Assembly: GCF_009914755.1 (NCBI RefSeq)
Contig: NC_060933.1
Length of the DNA: 64,000 nucleotides
Source of the DNA: the human T2T-CHM13v2.0 reference genome, Homo sapiens
Direction: 5' to 3' (one strand)
The notes below the pieces were generated by a model. That model was not told the DNA's origin. It saw nothing but the letters and a program-made list of their open reading frames with translations, and ran no database searches. Shown here one piece after another: positions 1 through 14,519 of this stretch; the first letter of the stretch is position 1, and each line of letters opens with the position of its first letter. The translations under genes and the position numbers were made by a program.

Positions 1-719
1 TCCATTCCCCTGCAGTCGGGTTGTTTCCATTCCATTCCATTCTATTCTATTCCATTCCATTCCATTCCAGAAGATTCCATTCCATTGTATTCCATTCCAT
101 TCCATTCCCCTGCACTCGCGTTGATTCCATTCCATTCCATTCCATTCCATTCCATTCCATTCCATTCCATTCCTTTCCGTTCCATTCCATTCCATTCCAT
201 TCCATTCCATTCCATTCCATTCCTTTCCATTCCATTACGGATGATTCCATTCCATTGTATTCCATTCCATTCCATTCCCCTTTACTCGGGTTGATTCCAT
301 TCCATTCCATTCCAATCCATGCCATTCCACTCGTGTTGATTCCATTCTTTCCATTCCATTCAAGTTGAATCCATTCCATTGCATTCCATTCCATTCCATT
401 CCCCTGCAGTCGGGTTGTTTCCATTCCATTCCATTCTATTCTATTCCATTCCATTCCATTCCGTTCCGTTCCATTCCATTCCATTCCATTCTATTCGGGT
501 TAATTCCATTCCATTCCATTCCAATCGAGTTGATTGCATTGCATTCCATTCCATTCCATTCCACTCCATTCCAGTCCTTTCCATTCCATTCCACTCGGGT
601 TGATTCCAATGTATTCCTTTCCATTCCATTCCATTCCATTGCAATCGAGTTGATTCCATTGCTTTGCATTCCATTCCATTCCATTCCATTCCGGATGATT
701 CCATTCCATTGCATTCCAT

Positions 720-2200
720 TCCATTCCATTCCGCTGCACTCGGGTTGATTCCATTCCATTCCACTCCATTCCGTTCCATTCCGTTCCATTGCATTGTATT
801 CGGGTTAATTCCATTCCATTCCATTCCATTCCATTCCATTCCATTACATTACAATCGAGTTGATTCCATTCCATTCCATTCCATTCCAGTCCTTTCCATT
901 CCATTCCACTCGGGTTGATTCCATTCTATTAGTTTCCATTCCATTCCATTCCCTTCCATTCCACTCTGGTTGATTCCATTCCTTTCCATTCCACTCGAAT
1001 ATATTCCCTCCTATTCCACTCGGAACGATTCCATTCCGTTCCATTCCATTCCATTCCATTCCATTCCATTCCATTCCATTTCTTTCCATTCCATTCTATT
1101 CCGTATCATTCCATTCCATTCCATTCCATTTCATTCCATTCCATTCCATTCCATTCCATTGTACTCGGGTTGATTCAATTCCATTACATTCCGTTCCATT
1201 CCATTCCATTCCATTCCATTCCATTCCATTCCATTCCGTTGCATTCCATTCCATTACATTCGGATTGATTGTATTCAACTCCCTTACTCTCCAGTACATT
1301 CCATTCCATTCGGGTTGTTCCATTCCATTCCATTCCATTCCACTCCATTCCATTCCACTCGGGTTGATTCCATTCCATTCCATTCCATTCCATTCCATTC
1401 CGGATGATTCCATTCCATTGCATTCCGTTCCATTACATTCCCCTGCACTCGCGTTGATTCCATTCCATTCCATTCCATTCCATTCAATTCCATTCCATTA
1501 CAATTCGTTCCATTCCATTCTATTCCGTACCATTCCATTCCATTCCATACCATTCCATTCCATTCCATTCCATTGCATTCCATTCCATTCCATTCCGCTG
1601 CACTCGGGTTGATTCCATTCCATTCCACTCCATTCGGTTCCATTCCGTTCCATTGCATTGTATTCGGGTTAATTCCATTCCATTCCATTCCATTCCATTC
1701 CATTACAATCGAGTTGATTCCATTCCATTCCATTCCATTCCAGTCCTTTCCATTCCATTCCACTCGGGTTGATTCCATTCTATTAGTTTCCATTCCATTC
1801 CATTCCCTTCCATTCCACTCTGGTTGATTCCATTCCTTTCCATTCCACTCGAATACATTCCCTCCTATTCCACTCGGAACGATTCCATTCCGTTCCATTC
1901 CATTCCATTCCATTCCATTCCATTCCATTTCTTTCCATTCCATTCTATTCCGTATCATTCCATTCCATTCCATTCCATTTCATTCCATTCCATTCCATTC
2001 CATTCCATTGTACTCGGGTTGATTCAATTCCATTACATTCCGTTCCATTCCATTCCATTCCATTCCATTCCATTCCATTCCATTCCGTTGCATTCCATTC
2101 CATTACATTCGGATTGATTGTATTCAACTCCCTTACTCTCCATTACATTCCATTCCATTCGGGTTGTTCCATTCCATTCCATTCCATTCCACTCCATTCC
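720..2200. repeat. Local duplication ~0.63 kb: ~720-1350 and ~1575-2200 (offset ~850)
   Basis: The ccgctgcact...ctattagtttcc...ccctcctattccactcggaacg...ccgtatcatt block occurs twice. ORFs at 970 and 1824 start identically. Confidence 0.88.
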
Positions 2201-2355
2201 ATTCCATTCCATTCCATTCCATTCCGTTCCATTCCATTCCATTCCATTCTATTCGGATTAATTCCCTTCCATTCCATTCCATTCCATTCTATTCCATTCC
2301 ATTGCAATCGAGTTGAATCCATTGCATTTCATTCCATTCCATTCCATTCCATTCC

Positions 2356-2370
2356 ATTCCGGAAGATTCC
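2356..2370. promoter_or_regulatory. Perfect three-unit heat-shock element (nTTCn-nGAAn-nTTCn), representative left-arm copy
   Basis: aTTCc gGAAg aTTCc. About 28 left-arm copies, e.g. 64 (ccag variant), 3244, 4762, 8052, 8247, 11611, 13284, 15485, 16304, 18534, 19358, 21599, 23342, 45333. The motif match is direct; function is inferred. Confidence 0.6.
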
Positions 2371-5100
2371 ATTCCATTGCATTCCATTCCATTCCATTCC
2401 CCTGCACTCGCGTTGATTCCATTCCATTCCATTCCATTCCATTCCTTTCCATTCCATTCCGCTCCGTTCCATTCCATTCCATTCCATTCCATTCCATTCC
2501 GTTCCGTTCCATTCCATTCCATTCCATTCTATTAGGGTTAATTCCATTCCATTCCATTCGATTGCAATCGAGTTGATTCCATTCCATTCCATTCCATTCC
2601 ATTCCATTCCATTCCATTCCATTCCATTCCATTCCTTTCCATTCCTTTACGGATGATTCCATTCCATTGCATTCCATTCCATTCCATTCCCCTGTACTCG
2701 GGTTGATTCCATTCAATTCCATTCCAATCCATGCCATTCCACTCGTGTTGATTCCATTCTTTCCATTCCATTCAAGTTGAATCCATTCCATTGCATTCCA
2801 TTCCATTCGATTCCATTCGATTGCACTCGGGTTGTTTCCATTCCATTGCATTCCATTCCATTCCATTCCATTCCATTCCATTCCATTCCATTCCGTTCCA
2901 TTCCATTCCATTACATTCGGATTGATTCTATTCAATTCCCTTACACTCCATTACATTCCATTCCATTCGGGTAGTTTCCATTCCATTCCATTCCATTCCT
3001 CTCCATTCCATTGCACTCGGGTTGATTCCATTCCATTGCATTCCATTCCATTCCATTCAATTCCATTCCTTTCCATTCCATTCCATTACATTCGGATTGA
3101 TTCTATTCAACCCCCTTACTCTCCATTACATTCCATTCCATTCGGGTTGTTCCATTCCATTCCATTCCATTCCACTCCATTCCATTGCACTCGGGTTGAT
3201 TCCATTCCATTCCATTCCATTCCATTCCATTCCATTCCATTCCATTCCGGAAGATTCCATTCCATTGCATTCCATTCCATTCCATTCCCCTGCACTCGCG
3301 TTGATTCCATTCCATTCCATTCTTTTCCATTCCGTACCCTTCCTTTCCGTTCCATTCCATTCCATTCCATTCCATTCCGTTCCGTTCCATTCCATTCCAT
3401 TCCATTCTATTTGGGTTAATTCCATTCCATTCCATTCGATTGCAATCGAGTTGATTCCATTCCATTCCATTCCATTCCATTCGTTTCCATTCCATTACGG
3501 ATGATTCCATTCCATTGCATTCCATTCCATTCCATTCCCCTATACTCGGGTTGATTACATTCCATTCTATTCCAATCCATGCCATTCCACTCGTGTTGAT
3601 TCCATTCTTTCCATTCCATTCAAGTTGAATCCATTCCATTGCATTCCATTCCATTAGATTACATTCGATTGCACTCGGTTTGATTCCATTCCATTGCATT
3701 CCATTCCATTCCATTCCATTCCATTCCATTCCATTCCATTCCATTTCATTACATTCAGATTGATTCTATTCAATTCCCTTACACTCCATTATATTCCAAT
3801 CCATTCTGGTTGTCTCCATTCCATTCCATTCCATTTCACTCCATTCCATTGCACTCGGGTTGATTCCATTCCATTCCATTCCATTGCATTCCATTCCATT
3901 CCATTCCGGATGATTCCATTCCATTGCATTCCATTCCATTCCATTCCCCTGCACTCGGGTTGATTCCATTCCATTCCATTCCATTACATTCCGTTCCATT
4001 CCATTCCATTCCATTCGGATTGATTCTATTCAATTCCCTTACACTCCATTACATTCCATTCCATTCGGGTAGTTTCCATTCCATTCCATTCCATTCCTCT
4101 CCATTCCATTGCACTCGGGTTGATTCCATTCCATTCCATTACATTCCATTCCATTCCATTACATTCCATTCCATTCCGTTCCATTGTACTCGGGTTGATT
4201 CCATTCTATTGCATTCCATTCCATTCCATTCCATTCCATTCCATTCCATTCCGTTCCGTTCCATTCCATTACATTCGGATTGATTCTATTCAACTCCCTT
4301 ACTCTCCATTACATTCCATTCCATTCGGGTTGTTCCATTCCATTCCATTCCATTCCATTCCACTCCATTCCATTGCGCTCGGGTTGATTCCATTCCATTA
4401 CATTCCATTCCATTCCATTCCATTCCATTCCGGATGATTCCATTCCATTGCATTCCGTTCCATTACATTCCCCTGCACTCGGGTTGATTCCATTCCATTA
4501 CATTCCATTCCATTCGATACCATTCCATTCCAATTCTTTCCATTCCATTCTATTCCTTACCATTCCATTCCATTCCGTACAATTCCATTCCATTTCATTC
4601 CACTCCGTTCCGTTCCGTTCCGTTCTGTTCCGTTCCATTCCATTCCATTCCATTCTATTCGGTTTAATTCCATTCCATTCCATTCCATTCCATTCTATAC
4701 TATTCCATTCCATTGCAATCGAGTTGAATCCATTGCATTCCATTCCATTCCATTCCATTCCATTCCGGAAGATTCCATTCCATTGCATTCCATTCCGTTC
4801 CATTCCTTTCCATTCCATTCCATTCCATTCCATTCCATTCCATTCCATTGTACTCGGGTTGATTCCATTCCCTTGCATTCCATTCCATTCCATTCCATTC
4901 CATTCCATTCCATTCCATTCCATTCCATTCGGATTGATTCTTTTCAACTCCCTTACTCTCCATTACATTCCATTCCATTCGGGTTTTTCCATTCCATTCC
5001 ATTCCATGCCACTCCATTCCATTGCACTCGGGTTGATTCCATTCCATTCCATTCCATTCCATTCCGGATGATTCCATTCCATTGCATTCCGTTCCTTTAC

Positions 5101-5235
5101 ATTCCCCTGCACTCGGGTTGATTCCATTCCATTCCTTTCCGTTCCATTCGATTCCATTCCATTCCCCTGCACTCGGGTTTATTCCATTCCATTCCTTTCC
5201 GTTCCATTCGATTCCATTCCATTCCCCTGCACTCG
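5101..5235. repeat. 60-bp tandem duplication (two units plus a partial third)
   Basis: attcccctgcactcgggtt(g/t)attccattccattcctttccgttccattcgattccattcc at 5101 and 5161, mirrored at ~58690-58820. Confidence 0.9.
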
Positions 5236-8200
5236 CGTTGATTCCATTCCATTCCATTCCATTCCATTCCATTCCATTCCATTCCTTTCCGTTCCATTCC
5301 ATTCCATTCCATTCCATTCCGTTCCGTTCCATTCCATTCCATTCCATTCTATTCGGGTTAATTCCATTCCATTCCATTCGATTGCAATCGAGTTGATTCC
5401 ATTCCATTCCATTGCATTCCATTCCATTCCAGTGATTTCCATTCCTTTCCATTCCATTACTGATGATTCCATTCCATTGCATTCCATTCCATTCCATTCC
5501 CCTGTACTCGGGTTGATTCCATTCCATTCCATTCCAATCCATGCCATTCCACTCGTGTTGATTCCATTCTTTCCTTTCCATTCAAGTTGAATCCATTCCA
5601 TTGCATTCCATGGCATTCGATTCCATTCGATTGCACTCGGGTTGATTCCATTCCATTGCATTCCATTCCATTCCATTCCATTCCATTCCATTCCATTCCG
5701 TTCCATTCCATTTCATTACATTCAGATTGATTCTATTCAATTCCCTTACACTCCATTATATTCCAATCCATTCTGGTTGTTTCCATTCCATTCCATTCCA
5801 TTTCACTCCATTCCATTGCACTCGGGTTGATTCCATTCCATTCCATTCCATTGCATTCCATTCCATTCCATTCCGGATGATTCCATTCCATTGCATTCCA
5901 TTCCATTCCATTCCCCTGCACTCGGATTGATTCCATTCCATTCCATTCCATTACATTCCATTCCATTACATTACAATTCGTTCCATTCCGTTCCATTGTA
6001 CTCGGGTTGATTCCATTCCAGTGCATTCCATTCCATTCCATTCAATTCCATTCCATTCCATTCCGTTCCATTCCATTACATTCGGATTGATTCTATTTAA
6101 CTCCCTTACTCTCCATTACATTCCATTCCATTCGGGTTGTTCCATTCCATTCCATTCCATTCCACTCCATTCCATTGCACTCGGGTTGATTCCATTCCAT
6201 TCCATTCCATTCCGTTCCATTCCATTCCATTCCATTCCGGATGATTCCATTCCATTGCATTCCGTTCCATTACATTCCCCTGCACTCGGGTTGATTCCGT
6301 TCCATTCCATTCCATTCCATTCGATTTCATTGAATTCCAATTCTTTCCATTCCATTCTATTCCGTACCATGCCATTCCATTCCATACAATTCCATTCCAT
6401 TCCATTCCACTCCGTTCCGTTCCGTTCCGTTCCGTTCCTTTCCGTTCCGTTCCATTCCATTCCATTCCATTCTATTCGGGTTAATTCCATTCCATTCCAT
6501 TCGATTGCAATCGAGTTGATTCCATTCCATTCCATTCCATTCCATTCCATTCCATTCCATTCCTTTCCATTCCATTACGGATGATTCCATTCCATTGCAT
6601 TCCATTCCATTCCATTCCCCTGTACTCGGGTTGATTCCATTCCATTCCATTCCAATCCATGCCTTTCCACTCGTGTTGATTGCATTCTTTCCATTCCATT
6701 CAAGTTGAATCCATTCCATTGCATTCCATTCCATTCCATTCCCCTGCAGTCGGGTTGATTCCATTCCATTCCATTCCATTCCATTCCATTCCATTCCATT
6801 CCGTTCCGTTCCGTTCCATTCCATTCCATTCCATTCTATTCGGGTTAATTCCATTCCATTCCATTCCATTCCATTCCATTCCAATCGAGTTCATTCCATT
6901 CCATTCCATTCCATTCCATTCCACTCCATTCCAGTCCTTTCCATTCTATTCCACTCGGGTTGATTCCAATGTATTCCTTTCCATTCCATTCCATTCCATT
7001 GCAATCGAGTTGATTCCATTGCTTTGCATTCCATTCCATTCCATTCCATTCCATTACGGATGATTCCATTCCATTGCATTCCATTCCATTCCATTCCCCT
7101 GCACTTGGGTTGATTCCATTCCATTCGACTCCATTCCATTACATTCCATTCCATTCCATTGTATTCGGGTTAATTCCATTCCATTCCATTCCATTCCTTT
7201 CCATTCCATTCCATTCCATTCCATTCCATTACAATCGAGTTGATTCCATTCCATTCCATTCCATTCCAGTCCTTTCCATTCCATTCCACTCGGGTTGATT
7301 CCATTCTATTAGTTTCCATTCCATTCCATTCCCTTCCATTCCACTCTGGTTGATTCCATTCCTTTCCATTCCACTCGAAAACATTCCCTCCTATTCCACT
7401 CGGAACGATTGCATTCCATTCCATTCCATTCCATTCCATTCCATTTCGTTCCATTCCATTCTATTCCGTATCATTCCATTCCATTCCATTCCATTCCATT
7501 AAATTCCATTCCATTCCATTCCATTCCATTGTACTCGGGTTGATTTCATTCCATTGCATTCCATTCCATTCCATTCCATTGCATTCCGTTGCATTCCATT
7601 CCATTACATTCGGATTGATTCTATTCAACTCCCTTACTCTCCATTACATTCCATTCCATTCGGGTTGTTCCATTCCATTCCATTCCATTCCACTCCATTC
7701 CATTGCACTCGGGTTTATTCCATTCCATTCCATTCCATTCCATTCCATTCCATTCCGGATGATTCCATTCCATTGCATTCCGTTCCATTACATTCCCCTG
7801 CACTCGCGTTGATTCCATTCCATTCCATTCCATTCCATACAATTCCATTCCATTACAATTCGTTCCATTCCATTCTATTCCGTACCATTTCATTCCATTC
7901 CATACCATTCCGTTCCATTCCATTCCATTCCATTCTATTCGGATTAATTCCATTCCATTCCATTCCATTCCATTCCATTCCATTCTATTGCATTCCATTG
8001 CAATCGAGTTGAATCCATTGCATTTCATTCCATTCCATTCCATTCCATTCCATTCCGGAAGATTCCATTCCATTGCATTCCATTCCATTCCATTCCCCTG
8101 CACTCGCATTGATTCCATTCCATTCCATTCCATTCCATTCCATTCCATTCCGTTTCGTTCCATTCCATTCCATTCCATTCCATTCTATTCCATTCCATTG

Positions 8201-11200
8201 CAATGTAGTTAAATCCACTGCATTTCATTCCATTCCATTCCATTCCATTCCGGAAGATTCCATTCCATTGCATTCCATTCCATGCCATTCCCCTGCACTC
8301 GAGTTGATTCCATTCCATTCCATTCCATTCCATTCCATTCCATTCCGTTCCGTTCCGTTCCGTTCCGTTCCATTCCATTCCATTCCATTCCATTCCGTTC
8401 CGTTCCATTCCATTCCATTCCATTCTATTCGGGTTAATTCCACTCCATTCCATTCGATTGCAATCGTGTTGATTCCATTCCATTCCATTCCATTCCATTC
8501 CATTCCATTCCATTCCTTTCCATTCCATTACGGATGATTCCATTCCATTGCATTCCATTCCATTCCATTCCCCTGTACTCGGGTTGATTCCATTCCATTG
8601 CATTCCAATCCATGCCCTTCCACTCATCTTGATTCCATTCTTTCCATTCCATTCAAGTTGAATCTATTCCATTGCATTCCATTCCATTCGATTCCATTCG
8701 ATTGCACTCGGGTTGATTCCATTCCATTGCATTCCATTCCATTCCATTCCATTCCATTCCATTCCATTCCATTCCGTTCCATTCCATTCCATTACATTCG
8801 GATTGATTCTATTCAATTCCCTTACACTCCGTTACATTCCATTCCATTCGGGTAGTTTCCATTCCATTCCATTCCTTTCCTCTCCATTCCATTGCACTCG
8901 GGTTGATTCCATTCCATTGCATTCCATTCCATTCCATTCCATTCCGTTCCATTCCATTCGATTACATTCGGATTGACTCTATTCAACTCCCTTACTCTCC
9001 ATTACATTCCATTCCATTCGGCTTCTTCCATTCCATTCCATTCCATTCCATTCCACTCCATTCCATTGCACTCGGGTTTATTCCATTCCATTCCATTCCA
9101 TTCCATTCCATTCCGGATGATTCCTTTCCATTGCATTCCATTCCATTCCATTCCCCTGCACTCGCGTTGATTCCATTCCATTCCATTCCATTCCATTCCA
9201 TTCCATTCCATTCCTTTCCGTTCCATTCCATTCCATTCCATTCCATTCCTTTCCGTTCCGTTCCGTTCCGTTCCGTTCCGTTCCATTCCATTCCATTCCA
9301 TTCTATTCGGGTTAATTCCAATCCATTCCATTCGATTGCAATCGAGTTGATTCCATTCCATTCCACTCCATTCCATTCCTTTCCATTCCATTACGGATGA
9401 TTCCATTCCATTGCATTCCATTCCATTCCATTCCCCTGTACTCGGGTTGATTCCATTCCATTCCATTCCAATCCATGCCATTCCACTCGTGTTGATTCCA
9501 TTCTTTCCATTCCATTCAAGTTGAATCCATTCCATTGCATTCCATTCCATTCGATTCCATTCGATTGCACTCGGGTTGATTCCATTCCATTGCATTCCAT
9601 TCCATTCCATTCCATTCCATTCCATTCCATTCCGTTCCATTCCATTTCATTACATTCAGATTTATTCTATTCAATTCCCTTACACTCCATTATATTCCAA
9701 TCCATTCTGGTTGTTTCCATTCCATTCCATTCCATTTCACTCCATTCCATTGCACTCGGGTTGATTCCATTCCATTCCATTCCATTGCATTCCATTCCAT
9801 TCCATTCCGGATGATTCCATTCCATTGCATTCCATTCCATTCCATTCCCCTGCACTCGGGTTGATTCCATTCCATTACATTCCATTACATTCCGTTCCAT
9901 TCCATTCCATTCCATTCGGATTGATTCTATTCAATTCCCTTACACTCCATTACATTCCATTCCATTCGGGTAGTTTCCATTCCATTCCATTCCATTCCTC
10001 TCCATTCCATTGCACTCGGGTTGATTCCATTCCATTGCATTCCATTCCATTCCATTCCGTTCCATTCCATTCCGTTCCATTCCATTACATTCGGATTGAT
10101 TCTATTCAACTCCCTTACTCTCCATTACATTCCATTCCATTCGGGTTGTTCCATTCCATTCCATTCCATTCCACTCCATTCCATTGCACTCAGGTTGATT
10201 CCATTCCATTCCATTCCATTCCATTCCATTCCATTCCATTCCATTCCATTCCGGATGATTCCATTCCATTGCATTCCATTCCATTCCATTCCCCTGTACT
10301 CGGGTTGATTCCATTCCATTCCATTCCAATCCATGCCATTCCACTCGTGTTGATTCCATTCTTTCCCTTGCATTCAAGTTGAATCCATTCCATTGCATTC
10401 CATTCCATTCCATTCCCCTGCAGTCGGGTTGTTTCCATTCCATTCCATTCCATTCCATTCCATTCCATTGCATTCCTTTCCGTTCCATTCCATTGCATTC
10501 CTTTCTATTCGGGTTAATTCCATTCCATTCCATTCCATTCCATGCCATTCCAATCAAGTTGATTCCATTCCATTCCATTCCATTCCATTCCATTCCATTC
10601 CATTCCACTCCATTCCAGTCCTTTCCATTCCATTCCACTCGGGTTGATTCCAATGTATTCTTTTCCATTCCATTCCATTCCATTGCAATCAAGTTGATTC
10701 CATTGCTTTGCATTCCATTCCATTCCATTCCATTCCGGATGATTCCATTCCATTGCATTCCATTCCATTCCATTCCATTCCATTGTATTCGGGTTAATAC
10801 CATTCCATTCCAATCCATTCCATTCCATTCCATTCCATTACAATCGAGTTGATTCCATTCCATTCCATTCCATTCCAGTCTTTTCCATTCCATTCCACTC
10901 GGGTTGATTCCATTCTATTAGTTTCCATTCCATTCCATTCCCTTCCATTCCACTCTGGTTGATACCATTCCTTTCCATTCCACTCGAATACATTCCCTCC
11001 TATTCCACTCGGAACGATTCCATTCCATTCCATTCCATTCCATTCCATTCCATTCCATTCCATTCCATTCCATTGTACTCGGGTTGATTCAATTCCATTG
11101 CATTCCATTCCATTCCATTCCATTCCATTCCGTTGCATTCCATTCCGTTACATTCGGATTGATTCTATTCAACTCCCTTACTCTCCATTACATTCCATTC

Positions 11201-14200
11201 CATTCGGGTTGTTCCATTCCATTCCATTCCATTCCATTCCACTCCATTCCATTGCACTCGGGTTGATTCCATTCCATTCCATTCCATTCCATTCCATTCC
11301 ATTCCATTCCATTCCGGATGATTCCATTCCATTGCATTCCGTTTCATTACATTCCCCTGCACTCGCGTTGATTCCATTCCATTCCATTCCATTCCATTCA
11401 ATTCCATTCCATTACAATTCGTTCCATTCCATTCTATTCCGTACCATTCCATTCCATTCCATTCCATTCCGTTCCATTCCGTTCCATTCCATTCCATTCC
11501 ATTCTATTCGGATTAATTTCATTCCATTCCATTCGATTCCATTCTATTCCATTCCATTGCAATCGAGTTGAATCCATTGCATTTCATTCCACTCCATTCC
11601 ATTCCATTCCATTCCAGAAGATTCCATTCCATTGTATTCCATTCCATTCCATTCCCCTGCACTCGCGTTGATTCCATTCCATTCCATTCCATTCCATTCC
11701 ATTCCATTCCATTCCTTTCCGTTCCCTTCCATTCCATTCCATTCCATTCCATTCCATTCCATTCCATTCCTTTCCATTCCATTACGGATGATTCCATTCC
11801 ATTGCATTCCATTCCATTCCATTCCCCTGTACTCGGGTTGATTCCATTCCATTCCATTCCAATCCATGCCATTCCACTCGTGTTGATTCCATTCTTTCCA
11901 TTCCATTCAAGTTGAATCCATTCCATTGCATTCCATTCCATTCCATTCCCCTGCAGTCGGGTTGTTTCCATTCCATTCCATTCTATTCTATTCCATTCCA
12001 TTCCATTCCGTTCCGTTCCATTCCATTTCATTCCATTCTATTCGGGTTAATTCCATTCCATTCCATTCCAATCGAGTTGATTGCATTGCATTCCATTCCA
12101 TTCCATTCCACTCCATTCCAGTCCTTTCCATTCCATTCCACTCGGGTTGATTCCAATGTATTCCTTTCCATTCCATTCCATTCCATTGCAATCGAGTTGA
12201 TTCCATTGCTTTGCATTCCATTCCATTCCATTCCATTCCGGATGATTCCATTCCATTGCATTCCATTCCATTCCATTCCGCTGCACTCGGGTTGATTCCA
12301 TTCCATTCCACTCCATTCCGTTCCATTCCGTTCCATTGCATTGTATTCGGGTTAATTCCATTCCATTCCATTCCATTCCATTCCATTCCATTCCATTACA
12401 ATCGAGTTGATTCCATTCCATTCCATTCCATTCCAGTCCTTTCCATTCCATTCCACTCGGGTTGATTCCATTCTATTAGTTTCCATTCCATTCCATTCCC
12501 TTCCATTCCACTCTGGTTGATTCCATTCCTTTCCATTCCACTCGAATACATTCCCTCCTATTCCACTCGGAACGATTCCATTCCATTCCATTCCATTCCA
12601 TTCCATTCCATTCCATTCCATTCCATTTCTTTCCATTCCATTCTATTCCGTATCATTCCATTCCATTCCATTCCATTTCATTCCATTCCATTCCATTCCA
12701 TTCCATTCCATTGTACTCGGGTTGATTCAATTCCATTACATTCCGTTCCATTCCATTCCATTCCATTCCATTCCATTCCATTCCCTTCCATTCCGTTGCA
12801 TTCCATTCCATTACATTCGGATTGATTGTATTCAACTCCCTTACTCTCCATTACATTCCATTCCATTCGGGTTGTTCCATTCCATTCCATTCCATTCCAC
12901 TCCATTCCATTCCACTCGGGTTGATTCCATTCCATTCCATTCCATTCCATTCCATTCCGGATGATTCCATTCCATTGCATTCCGTTCCATTACATTCTCC
13001 TGCACTCGCGTTGATTCCATTCCATTCCATTCCATTCCATTCAATTCCATTCCATTACAATTCGTTCCATTCCATTCTATTCCGTACCATTCCATTCCAT
13101 TCCATACCATTCCATTCCATTCCATTCCATTCCATTCCATTCCATTCCATTCCGTTCCATTCCATTCCATTCCATTCTATTCGGATTAATTCCCTTCCAT
13201 TCCATTCCATTCCATTCTATTCCATTCCATTGCAATCGAGTTGAATCCATTGCATTTCATTCCATTCCATTCCATTCCATTCCATTCCGGAAGATTCCAT
13301 TCCATTGCATTCCATTCCATTCCATTCCCCTGCACTCGCGTTGATTCCATTCCATTCCATTCCATTCCATTCCTTTCCATTCCATTGCACTCGGGTTGAT
13401 TCCATTCCATTGCATTGCATTCCATTCCATTCCATTCCATTCCGTTCCATTCCATTCCATTACATTCGGATTGACTCTATTCAACTCCCTTACTCTCCAT
13501 TACATTCCATTCCATTCGGCTTGTTCCATTCCATTCCATTCCATTCCATTCCACTCCATTCCATTGCACTCGGGTTTATTCCATTCCATTCCATTCCATT
13601 CCATTCCATTCCGGATGATTCCTTTCCATTGCATTCCATTCCATTCCATTCCCCTGCACTCGCGTTGATTCCATTCCATTCCATTCCATTCCATTCCATT
13701 CCATTCCATTCCTTTCCGTTCCATTCCATTCCATTCCATTCCATTCCCCTGCACTCGCGTTGATTCCATTCCATTCCATTCCATTCCATTCCATTCCATT
13801 CCACTCGAGTTGATTTCATTCCATTCCTTTCCATTCCATTCCTTTCCTTTCCACTCGAGTTGATTCCATTCCATTCCATTCCATTGCATTCCATTCCATG
13901 GCATTCCACTCGGGTTGATTCCATTCCATTCCATTCCATTCCATTCCATTCCATTCCTTTCCCCTACACTCGGGTTGATTCCATTCCATTCCATTCCATT
14001 TAATTCCATTCCATTCCATTCCATTCCATTCCATTCCATTCCAATCCGTTCCATTCCATTCCATTCTATTCCATTGCAATCGACTTGATTCCATTCCATT
14101 CCATTCCATTCCATTCCATTCCATTCCATTCCATTCCATGCCATTCCACTCGGGTTGATTCCATTCCTTTCCATTCCATTTGGGTTGAATCCAATCCACT

Positions 14201-14519
14201 CCATTCCATTCCATTCGAATCCATTCCATTGCACTCGGGTTGATTCCATTCCATTCCATTCCATTCGATTCCATTCCATTCCATTCCATTCCGTTCAATT
14301 CCATTTCATTACATTCAGATTGATTCTATTCAATTCCCTTACACTCCATTATATTCCAATCCATTCTGGTTGTTTCCATTCCATTCCATTCCATTTCACT
14401 CCATTCCATTGCACTCGGTTTGATTGCATTCCATTCCATTCCATTCCATTCCGGATGATTCCATTCCATTGCATTCCATTCCATTCCATTCCCCTGCACT
14501 CAGGTTGATTCCATTCCAT

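Larger units (their letters stand above)
50..13120. repeat. Direct repeat ~1.5 kb: ~50-1560 and ~11600-13120 (offset 11547-11557)
   Basis: Shared rare variants (ttccagaagatt, ttgattgcattgc, ccgctgcact, gattgtattcaac). ORF pairs 365..748/11912..12295 and 441..839/11988..12386 are near-identical. Confidence 0.9.

Noticed and set aside
2357-2364. TTCCGGAA as a STAT (GAS) or ETS site
   Set aside because: The spacing is TTC-N2-GAA rather than the canonical N3/N4, and the ETS flank is a poor match. The three-unit HSE reading fits better.
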